Of a stretch of DNA of 64,000 nucleotides, positions 37,613 to 47,394 are shown one piece after another; positions within the stretch are counted from its first letter, which is position 1; every line of letters begins with the position of its first letter. Under the pieces are notes generated by a model. The model had not been told where the DNA came from. It was given only the letters and a program-made list of their open reading frames with translations, and searched no databases. Both the position numbers and the translations under genes were made by a program. Source of the DNA: Neodothiora populina. Lineage: Eukaryota. The stretch covers positions 930,001 through 994,000 of the forward strand of contig NW_027191404.1 in the NCBI RefSeq assembly GCF_041146345.1. The letters are read 5' to 3'.

Positions 37613-39487
37613 ATGCACGGTCATCTGCTCCACCGTCATTTCAAAAGGGGTATAGATATGTCCGACGAGACCATTCTCGAGAACAACGATTCGCTGGCGA
37701 GCGTTGTCGAGCGAGCTGCAGCAGATCCCGCGACTATCTATTCAGTCGTCTATGTTACTGCTTCAGCTACCTTCTCTGGGCCGACAGCTGGTTATGTCAC
37801 CCAGGGTTTGCCAACTACCTCTTCTGTGGACTACAATCCCAAAACCAAGAGCATTGCCCCCAATGCACAATCCTCAGCGGCTAGCTCTGCACGCAGCACC
37901 ACGCTCGTCAAAGCTACGGTAGAGAAGTCAGCTACACCAGTGGCTTCTACATCTTCCAAAGCCTCTTCTTCTACCGCTCCCACTACCACTGCCGCCGCCG
38001 CTGCTGTTTCGTCTAGCGCCTCATCCTCTGCTGCTGTATCTTCTAAGTCGAGTGCAGCTGCGTCTGCCTCAGCGTCGTCTTCCTCAGCAGCTTCTTCCTC
38101 CAAGGCGTCGTCTTCTACTGCATCTGCCTCCTCAACCTCAATATCTGATGCAAGCGCAGCCAAGGCGACCAAGTCTGCATCCGCATCAGCCTCCCCGTCC
38201 GCTACATCCTCTCCAGGAATGAGCTCAGGCGCGAAGGGAGGCATTGCGTTCGCGGTTATCTTGGCGCTTTTGCTCGTCGCAGGTCTTACCTTCTTCTTCT
38301 ACAGGCGCAAGAAGGCTCAAAGAGGCAATGCTGCGGGTGCCCAACGATTAGTTGATGCCGATGATGAGAAGCGTCTGCCGCCTCCTATCGATCCCACTCC
38401 CATACCAAGCATTGTTCCTCGTGCTTCGTCGCCGCTCACTGTATCGTCGCGTGCCTCTTCGCCGCGTAACGAAGCTCCTGCACCACGTTTGAGCATTCGC
38501 CCAACCTCACGATTCTCCCTTGGTGCAGATCCTGAGAAGACAGCAGCAGCTCTCTCGGCAATCGCTGAAATAGAGCCGGACTCGCGATCTGTGAGCCCGG
38601 CAGCTGACCCTGCTAATCCCTTTGGCATTCATGCTGAGACTGTGCACGGTGCGTCAACCACTCGTGTCGTCTCCCCTGTACCTGTTCTCCGACAATCACA
38701 AAGCACTGTCTCCTTCGAACTCGAGGGCAGTGAAGTTCCAGTCCCAAGCAAATCTGCAAAGTCTAGCCCCGCGTCACCGTCCAGAGCCGAATTCGGTACT
38801 GCGGCTGGAGTGCCAATCGTCGCTGCGACTGGTGCTCCAACCACAGTTACTGGTCCACCTCCTGCACCCTCGAACAACGTACATCGTATCCAGCTGGAGT
38901 TTAAGCCATCTATGGACGATGAGCTCGAGCTGAAAGTCGGTGGCCTTGTCAGAGTCTTGCATGAGTATGATGATGGATGGGTAAGTCAATCAGTGTCACC
39001 TGCGCAGTCCCCATGCTAACAACTTTTTCAGTGCCTCTGCATGACCATGGATCGCTCCAAGCAAGGTGTTGCTCCCCGCACGTGTTTGTCGAAACTCCCT
39101 CTCAAGCCACGCCCGAATGGTCCCCCTAATGGACGTCTAATGGGTCCTCCACCTCCTGGCCAGACGATGCGAAAAGTTTCTGAGCCTCCACGACCCAACT
39201 CTCTGGTTCCGGCCCCTCTTGCTCCTATTGTCAACGATCGCAGGGTAGTCTCGAATTCTCAGAACCAGCGTCAACGAACAGCCTCAGGTCCTTTGGCGAA
39301 CCCTCACATGAGGTCCATGTCTCCGGGCCCTATGCCACCCAAACCTATGGCGGATTCGCGACCACGAAGTGCGTCGGTTGGATCTGGAGCCACTACACAG
39401 CATGATGGTGCTTCAGGCCCCGGCTCGAGTCCTCTCAAACCAGCAGTGGTACCCGCTAGAAAACCAGTTCCGGGTCAAGCTCTCTAA
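37613..39487 (+). CDS. Ser/Ala-rich single-pass membrane protein with a C-terminal SH3 domain (Fus1-like architecture)
   Basis: S/A/T-rich stretch, TM segment GGIAFAVILALLLVAGLTFFFY followed by RRKK, and SH3 FKPSMDDELEL...HEYDDGW|CLCMTMDRSKQGVAPRTCL across intron 38981-39031. Confidence 0.88.
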
Positions 39488-40321
39488 AACGCTACCCTCG
39501 GTCATCCAAAATGATCCAACAAAACCCTCTTTGTACCATACGATCATACAATCGGCGTTCGCCAGAAAAACTTGCTGCAACGCTCTTGTGTGAAGGCAAA
39601 GACACTTCAAGTAACTCCATGGCTCGCTGCCAGCCCTTTATATTTTCCTTTGTTGCAGACCAATACCCTTTCTCGTCGGACTATTTGGAGATTGGGAAGA
39701 AATTACCTTTTTGGCTATGTATATCACAGTTGATTGAAGCGAAGCGCATAAGCCATTGGCTTGCATCGTTAACGTCCTCTGAGCCGTAATGTTTTGTATG
39801 TAGAAATTAGAAATGCCACACCATCATCTCGAAGTCTGTTCCGGTTCAATTTGAGTGTTGTAGACACATAGAAATGTACGTTCCCGCTACGTAAGTCTTT
39901 CCTTCCTCGACTTGTATTACTCAAGCCATCGTATCTGCCAATCCAAACATATGAGTTTCCTGATTGCGTTACAATAAGCATTATTGTGGTGAGCCTTTAT
40001 CCAAGGAGCATGTCATTCATGCACTGCGCAGCATCAACCATAGAGGCCATGCACAGACCATCATACCAGACCCCATAACAACCTTTGAAAGTTCACGACG
40101 AATGCCAAGATCATACCCAACTCGTAGACGACCACATTCGTCTGACCAACCTATCGCAGACATGGTCCAATGATATACGGAAATATTGTCTACTGTACAC
40201 CAAAGGAGCGCGCATAAAGTTCTGTGTGCCTACAGGGAATTTTGAGGTTCAGCGCGCTCAGAGGCGCGTGTAGAACCACCAACAACGCCGGGCGACCACC
40301 AGGAAGGAACAGGACGACGCA

Positions 40322-42367
40322 ATGTCAACACAATCAATACCAACGACACTGACATTTCTGTCCGAGATTTCGTCCTTGATCACTCGGAAAGATGCGGCGC
40401 AAATCGCACAATTCCTCATCATTGAGCCACCTTATTCTTCATCATACGAACAGATAATAGCCGAGCTACGGCGCGCTTATCCAAGGTCCTCTCCCTCGTC
40501 TTCTTTTGCTTCTGGGTCGACTTCGTCAGATGATGCGCTCGAGAGCGTGGTGAGCTCGAGACTTGCTGGCGCGGTGAGTGCTGATGCAGACGGAGCCGGT
40601 CCTTCGTGGAATGCGTTCGTCAAGTTCATGGGTGTTTATCTGGCGTTCTTGAGGGATGTTGATGTGGGAAACCTTTTGGAGACTTACAATCTGCTTAGTG
40701 ACTTATTACAGTAAGTGTGAAGTTCTACTTTTTGTCTCGTGTCCGATATTTTGGGGTTCTCCAGGGTTGGCTTTATTCGTCCAAGGTGGCGAGAGAAACA
40801 ATGCAATTATCCTAAGCGCAGGGGCGGAGGACCATCCCTGTCAAGCGTATCGGAAGGCAAACCATGGTTCAATCCTGGAAGTTGTATGCTTGAGCTGTCA
40901 GCGCGTTGAGTTGACGCTGGTTCCTCAACGGTAGACGAAGCGCTATGCCAATGATACATTTTAACATAAGAGGAGAACAAGAGTATTCTAACGTCCCATG
41001 TGCGTTATAGAAAGGCCAACAGTGCCCTCAGTCATCAAACAAATGGCTACTTAATACTGCCGACAGTAGTCCAATACTCTCGCGTCCTCTCACGTCTCGC
41101 GATAGGATTAGACAAACAGCCTCACTTGATTGCGCATTTGATCCCCAAATCTAGTGGTGAAGACGGAGGACCTAGAGAGACTCTGCCCGAACGCGCTGCT
41201 AATATCCTCCGTCAAGCGTTCGTCATATGTCTCAACGACCGTAGTGGTGCAGGCACGGGGGGCCTCAACAGCAGCACGCGAAGACCAGAAGGCAAGCGAA
41301 GGGGCATCTACACGATAGCGAATCTCTGTCTCAGGATCCTCTTCGCATGTCACAAAACGCGCGGTTGTGCGCAAATTTTTGAAAACATCTACAATCAATC
41401 GCCACCACTGAATTCGTATCCGAAGAGCGAACGAGTAACCTATCTATACTACCTCGGTCGCTTCCTTTGGGGCAATGGGCATGTGTATCGAGCGCAAAAA
41501 ACACTCCAACAAGCATGGAATGAATGCAACGTTCAATGTGCGAGCTCGCAAGGACGTCTTATTCTTATTTATCTCATCGCCGCCAATCTAATATGCGGCC
41601 GCTTCCCCTCTGCTCAGCTCCTCTCTCATCCCTCGGCCCAGGGTGTACGCGACCACTTTGAGCCACTGTGCCGCTATATCGCACAGGGAGATCTATGCAG
41701 TTTCCGACGACATCTAGACGTAGGCTCCGCACACTACGCATGGTTCTCACATTATCGACTTGACCTCCAACTATGGAACAGATGCGAAGTGCTCGTCTGG
41801 CGCAGCCTCGTTCGGAAAACGTTCCTCATATCAGGCGACCCGGGCGATCCATCAACACGAAAAGCTCCCACTGTCGACCTCAATGTTGTGCTCACTCTTT
41901 TCTACTGGCAAGAAAGAAAGTATGTCACCCCGCCTGGACAAATGCAACCAAACGTCTACGTGGATCCGGACTTTGCAGGATCAGAGGACATGCAAGAAAC
42001 CGAAGAGCAAGCAGCATTAGTCTTGCCAGACATGACATCCATCTTCTCCAAGATGTCCGCTCTCATCCACCAAGAATTTCTGAACGGCTACCTCAGTTTC
42101 TCACGGCGCAAACTGGCCATTCAAGGCGCCAGGGTCAAGGGCGCGTTGGCTGCGGGATTCCCTAATATCTGGGAAGCGGTGGAGAAGAGATGCAATGCCG
42201 ATGGGGACGGCGATGAGATCCCTGGGTGGAAAGTCGAGGACGCGGCAAACAGAAAGAGGAAGATGATGGGTGCTGGAGCTGGGGCTAAAGCTGGTGGTGC
42301 TTTCGGGCCTGGCATGGTCGTTAATCTGAGTGGGGCACGTCCGGCTGGCGCGTCACCGTTTGGATGA
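40322..42367 (+). CDS. PCI-domain protein, PCID2/Thp1/Csn12 family, 2 exons
   Basis: Motifs AANILRQAFVICLNDR, GIYTIANLCLRILF, YPKSERVTYLYYLGR, ILIYLIAANL and LIHQEFLNGYLS. 300-nt intron at 40711-41010. Confidence 0.9.
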
Positions 42368-42942
42368 TTAGACTGGATGCTTTCGAGCAAAATGCAGCGA
42401 GGCACTAGACAATGGATATAACTGTGCTTGCTTGGAGAAGAGTCAAATGTTCTTGTGATGTAGTGTAGATTGCTAATTGACTATCTAAGCTGCCCTTCTT
42501 GAATTTTTGCTTCGGCTGAGCAAGAGGCTCGCAAGGTTTTTGCTTTCATAAATGGGTGCCTTTCAGTACCACACTACTCAGGGCAAGAGATTCAGTCCTC
42601 TCCGCGCAATGATACGGCTAAAATCGCGCGATACAGTATAATCATAAATTGGGTGACCCTGTTCGCATGTTTGAAGTGGCGAAGCTTCTTGTACAAGAAT
42701 CGTGGTCTATGCGTGTGAATTCACGACACACATGCACTGTTGCCTCAAGTCATACCTCTACAACATTGGCACCTTAGGCATTTTGCATTTGTGGCCATAG
42801 AAGCCTCGTGTGGTCCGTAGGCTGCATGCTCATCACTTTCATGGGCATATCATAAATTGATGTTGTGACCTTGTCTGAGGTGACCAGGTTTCTTTGTCCT
42901 CTGACGAAGATATGGCATGTAAAGTCCATATTGACCATTAGA

Positions 42943-44265
42943 ATGGATGCCTTCATTTCGAGAAAGCGGAAGCACTGCTCCCAGCCAGAATCTGCGAACG
43001 TCAACCCTCATGACACGTCTGCCGTTGATAACAACGAGGATGACAGTACAGAAGTCAAGTTGGCTTGTCTTGCTTCCTTGGATCCTGATGCTAGCCCAGA
43101 TGCATTGCTCGATGCTCTACTAGCATGCGAAGGCAACGTCGAAGAGGCGTCAAGGATGCTCTCTCAGTCCAACCTCAGCCCTTTTCTTAGAAAGAACAAA
43201 ATCTCCAGAACCGTAGGCTACCAATCATCTCTTTTCAATCTAATCAAACCTGCCGAGGACGCTGGAAACAGTGCATCTGCTAGGACTTTGACGAAGAAAG
43301 GCAAGACTCTTTTTCTGTACAGTCCTGAAGACATCGAAACGCATACCCCGTGTTCGATGATACACAATTTCCTTCCTAATGCCGAAGCCGATGCTCTGCT
43401 CAAAGAGCTTCTCGCAGAGCCACCCTTTGGGACCGAGAGATTCGTTCTCTTCGACCGTGCTGTCGAATCACCACGTTCGGTGTCCTTCTATACTGACAGT
43501 ATCGAGGATGCGAATGAGGAGAAGACTCCTTACTTCTACAATGGCAGCAAAACACCCGATATTCGCTTGTCGACACCCGAGATGCGCAAAGCGTCGCACA
43601 GAGTAGCTCTTTCGGTCAACGCAGAGATACAGCGTCGCATAAGAGACTTCTACCCCAGAGGTCAGAAGCTCAAGTACCAGTCCCCAAGACCATGGCAGCC
43701 TAATATTGCCGTGGTCAATTGCTACGATGGTCCCCGAGAAAGCCTTGGGTACCATTCTGATCAGTTGACATATCTTGGCCCACGAGCTGTTATTGGAAGT
43801 TTATCACTAGGCGTAGCACGCGAGTTTCGTGTCCGTCGAGTCATACCAAAGGACTCTGATGATAGCAAGCCACAAGGCGGTGCTGTAGCAGATACTCAAG
43901 GTCAAATCTCCATTCAACTGCCGCATAATTCTCTCTTGATTATGCACGCAGAGATGCAAGAACAATGGAAACACTCTGTAGCACCGGCTACATCCATCGA
44001 CCCTCATCCATTGGCTGGGAACAAGCGTATCAACATCACATATCGTCACGCCAGGGAGGCCTTTCATCCAAGATATACCCCGAAGTGCGACTGCGGAGTG
44101 CCTACCACGCTAAGGTGTGTTCAGCAGAAGAAGCAGAATCTGGGAAGATACATGTGGATGTGTCATTCTGGCTATACACCTGGACAGACTGGCTGCACTT
44201 ACTTCAAATGGGCCGAATTTGATGATGATGGAGAGCCTCCTTGGACCAAAAATAAGTGTTCGTAA
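42943..44265 (+). CDS. AlkB-type 2OG-Fe(II) dioxygenase with an N-terminal CUE-like domain and a C-terminal GRF zinc finger
   Basis: Motifs LLDALLACEGNVEEA (CUE-like), VNCY...GYHSD, SLSLG, WKHSV and RINITYR, then CDCG...GRYMWMC...CTYFKW. Confidence 0.92.
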   Translation: MDAFISRKRKHCSQPESANVNPHDTSAVDNNEDDSTEVKLACLASLDPDASPDALLDALLACEGNVEEASRMLSQSNLSPFLRKNKISRTVGYQSSLFNLIKPAEDAGNSASARTLTKKGKTLFLYSPEDIETHTPCSMIHNFLPNAEADALLKELLAEPPFGTERFVLFDRAVESPRSVSFYTDSIEDANEEKTPYFYNGSKTPDIRLSTPEMRKASHRVALSVNAEIQRRIRDFYPRGQKLKYQSPRPWQPNIAVVNCYDGPRESLGYHSDQLTYLGPRAVIGSLSLGVAREFRVRRVIPKDSDDSKPQGGAVADTQGQISIQLPHNSLLIMHAEMQEQWKHSVAPATSIDPHPLAGNKRINITYRHAREAFHPRYTPKCDCGVPTTLRCVQQKKQNLGRYMWMCHSGYTPGQTGCTYFKWAEFDDDGEPPWTKNKCS

Positions 44266-44378
44266 CTCGATACCACTACGCCACGTCGGCTGATAAGATA
44301 CACTATGAATTTACCATGATCATTGGCCGATTACGCGTAATATATACTGTGATGTGACACGGGAGGGGCACTTTCACA

Positions 44379-44930
44379 TCAAAGCTGCTGCAGAAAAGTC
44401 CCATCTAGGGTTGACCCCTCGGCGGTTCTTACTTCATTCTGCTCGGCTTCTCCTCTATCACTGCCTCTGTTCGCCCCATTTCCAAGCTGCCATGCCACGA
44501 CTTCCACCTCGGTCTTGTCACAGTGCTCTGTTCCAGGCCGAAGCTCATCTAGAGGCGTAGAAGTACGGCCAGTCCATAATTCGAACTCGGCAGTCAAATC
44601 GTAGGCGGACCGACGTCTCATCATTTCTTCGCCCATGCGACGGTCCAACTAAAGCCGAGGATCAGGGATGCGCCACGTCTTGAGCAGAACAAGCCCGAGT
44701 CTCACTGCCCATAGAACTGGTGATGGTTAATGGGATGCGTGCATGCGTATAGCCGTCGAAAGCCGGAAGAGGCATATCACGGTCTCGTCGAGTAAGTCGA
44801 CGGTCTGAGCAATGTCAGACGAGTTGGCTGGCTCGCCTGGATCATCCGGTCTTGCACTGCCAGGTCATGAATCATTGCCATTGTCCGACTGATTCGATAC
44901 TTGCAATTCATCGAGCTTCGTCAACCTGGA
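44379..44930 (-). pseudogene. Degenerate fragment of a fungal helical-domain / C2H2-associated gene family
   Basis: One minus frame reads ...DS*PGSAR...VDLLDETVICLFRLSTAIRMHASH*...PRL*LDRRMGEEMMRRR, with three in-frame stops. It resembles a motif pair I recall from fungal proteins (I..LFRLS..IR and L..RLG.A..RRR). Confidence 0.4.
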
Positions 44931-44995
44931 CATGAGAGTACAGGTGAACCGGACCGCGGCCAACGTCTCCAAGGCTGATATCGAGTCGATAAGTC

Positions 44996-45387
44996 CTTAG
45001 TAAATAGTTAATGAGCTCTTGATAAGTGGTAATGAACTCTTACTAAGCACTTGCTGAAGTCTTACTGAGTAGACGATGAATTTTTAATAAGTGATTAATA
45101 AACTCCTAAAAAATTGTTAATGACTCTCTAATGAATAGTTAGTGAATACTCAATGATCGGTCAATGACTTCCTCATGAGTAGTCAATAAACCCTTAACTC
45201 AGTCAATGATTTCGTTGTAATAGGTTATCGCTACTTCATAAATGATCCGTGACTTCTTCATAAATGGTCAATAAGTTCTTAGTAAAAGGGCAATAAAATC
45301 TTAGTAAACAGCCCATGAATTCTTAGTGAATGGTCGATGAGTTCTCGGTAACTAGTTAATGACTCCTCAAAGGGTCCCTAATGACTA
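44996..45387. repeat. Degenerate AT-rich tandem array, about 18 x 22 bp (2 x 11 bp), approximate consensus CTTAGTAAATRGTCAATGAVTT
   Basis: Hand-aligned units include cttagtaaatagttaatgagct, cttactgagtagacgatgaatt, cttcataaatggtcaataagtt, cttagtaaaagggcaataaaat, cttagtaaacagcccatgaatt and cttagtgaatggtcgatgagtt. Confidence 0.85.
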
Positions 45388-45911
45388 CCCGATAAACCAG
45401 AGGGGCAATGACAAAAACCCACTTCCTGTGTACAGTATTCACCTAGATATGTCCCTAACTATCAACATACATAACTCTCCTCACCAATATACACGTATAC
45501 GTCTTGCCAGCATCACGATCTTGTTAACCATCGACCGAGGCTCGAGATACTCAAGCTGTGAATATCAGGACTGTGCATAGTCGTGGAACAGGGAGCGTGC
45601 TTATTGCATTGGACTTGAAAGCGGCTTTCACTTGAGGACTGGTTTTATACACTATAAGGGAGTTTTGTCTGGAGATATTGAGGAGTCTCTGGGTTGCAAG
45701 AACGTGGGATAAAGCATGATTTGGTGGTGGAGATTAAGTGATGAGTAAGATAAATAGGGGAAGTATCAGTTGAACAAAAATTGTAGTAACACACTATTTG
45801 AAAGAGATTCGGTCCAAAACGAAGACTACCGTCTAGATCCGCATCTTTGACAAGATTCCGCAAGATGTACATTATGCTCATCGGACAATTCATGTAAAAC
45901 AAACCACATCA

Positions 45912-47108
45912 TCAAAACTCATACTCCTCAAACTGCGCCTCATCAGCAGCAGCAGGTCCACCAGAAAACCAAGTGGCGACCCCCAACCACGAAGCGAGAC
46001 CCAAAACAAACAACATGACACTAATCCCCCACGAAGTCTGCGGATTCGCCAGCGCCGGTGCTCCAGGAGGTAGCTCCTGCGCCTTTTCGATTCTGGGTCG
46101 CATTTTCCTTTCGTATGCTTGAAGACCCTTTGTGTGGTCTTCGTTATCTCTGTGACGCGCGATCTCTCCAGCGAGGACATAAGCGCCTTCCATGGCGACG
46201 GAGGTGCCCATTCCTGATATCGGCGAGGGACAATAAGCTGCGTCGCCTAGCAGGGCCACGCGGTCGCGTGACCATGAGGGCATCTTGACTTGTGCGATGT
46301 CCTGCATGTAGAAATCTGTTGCCGCGTCCATGCTGTCGAGGATGCGTTCACTTTCCCAGCCGGCGTCGGAGAAGATTTCGCGCATCAGGCGTTTTTGGCC
46401 GTTCGTGTCGAGCTCGTGGTAGTGTGCGGCAGCGCCGCTCATAACAGAGAGGTAGGTTCGCAGGGAACCATGTCCGTCGGGCCGGGCAAGGATACATCTT
46501 CGACCTGGCGCGTTGTACCATTTTGCCCATTCACCGTCGGTATCGTTTGCCGGGATGGTGAAGTAGCATGTGTACATGCCCAGATGCTTCAGCGAGTCAT
46601 CTGAGTCAAAGGTGATTTTGCGCGTCGTCGAGCGCATGCCGTCGGCTGCGATGACCAGGTCGAATCGTTGACTCGCCCCACTGGCAAAGTGAACCTCGAC
46701 GCCGTCGTTACTCTGATGTAGCTCCGCAATGGTGTCGCCGAATTTATACTCGGTAGTATCCTTGGTGGCTTCATAGAAGATCGAAGCCAAGTCGCCTCGG
46801 AGGATCTCAATGTCTGATGAGAAGGAGTCTCCTCCTGAAGCGTCGACGCCATAGGCGGCACGAGTCTTGCCGGTGCTGTCAATGAAGGCTAAGCCACGCT
46901 CGTCGGTGGTCTTCGAGCGTATTACATCTTCGAGCCCCATACGCTTTATGACTTCACGTGCGGGTCCTCGAATATCAATCTGTTGACCTGCAGTGGGCAC
47001 TGACGGGGCTCTCTCGACGATGGTCGTTTCGATACCAGCTCGATTTAGCCAGAATGCCAATGTCGGACCCGCAATTCCAGCACCACTGATCAAGACTTTG
47101 GAAATCAT
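45912..47108 (-). CDS. FAD-dependent monooxygenase (group A aromatic hydroxylase fold), intronless
   Basis: Fingerprints ISGAGIAG (GxGxxG), DLVIAADG and RVALLGDAAYCPSPISGMGTS. Hydrophobic C-terminal segment. Confidence 0.93.
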   Translation of the reverse strand: MISKVLISGAGIAGPTLAFWLNRAGIETTIVERAPSVPTAGQQIDIRGPAREVIKRMGLEDVIRSKTTDERGLAFIDSTGKTRAAYGVDASGGDSFSSDIEILRGDLASIFYEATKDTTEYKFGDTIAELHQSNDGVEVHFASGASQRFDLVIAADGMRSTTRKITFDSDDSLKHLGMYTCYFTIPANDTDGEWAKWYNAPGRRCILARPDGHGSLRTYLSVMSGAAAHYHELDTNGQKRLMREIFSDAGWESERILDSMDAATDFYMQDIAQVKMPSWSRDRVALLGDAAYCPSPISGMGTSVAMEGAYVLAGEIARHRDNEDHTKGLQAYERKMRPRIEKAQELPPGAPALANPQTSWGISVMLFVLGLASWLGVATWFSGGPAAADEAQFEEYEF

Positions 47109-47250
47109 GATTCGGTAAATATACTCTAATGCTCAAGACAGAGGGTCAATGTGATGAAGTATGGGTGACGGGGTAGACAAGGATGAAGATAGCCTGCGTA
47201 TCATCGCGGCCCTCGACAGGTGATATATGCCTGGCCGTCATTTTCTACTC

Positions 47251-47363
47251 TCGGGGTCGGACTGAAAGTACATGCTTCTTCGAAAGACTTGGTATGGTCG
47301 TGATATGAGTACGTTGGTGGTGACGATGCCAAGGCGGACTCGTATAGTCCACTCCGACTCCGA
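47251..47363. promoter_or_regulatory. Two CGG-N3-CGG boxes (TCGG[A/G]GTCGGA) in opposite orientations; candidate Zn2Cys6 binding sites
   Basis: TCGGGGTCGGA at 47251-47261 (+) and TCGGAGTCGGA at 47363-47353 (-), 143-255 bp upstream of the monooxygenase ATG. Confidence 0.55.
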
Positions 47364-47394
47364 TCACGTGACCAAGGTAAATACTAGTATATCC

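Noticed and set aside
44996..45387. The 22-bp array as a CRISPR array or a repeat-protein exon
   Set aside because: Units are contiguous and degenerate with no unique spacers, there are no cas genes, and the host is eukaryotic. The period is not a multiple of 3 and stops occur in all frames.
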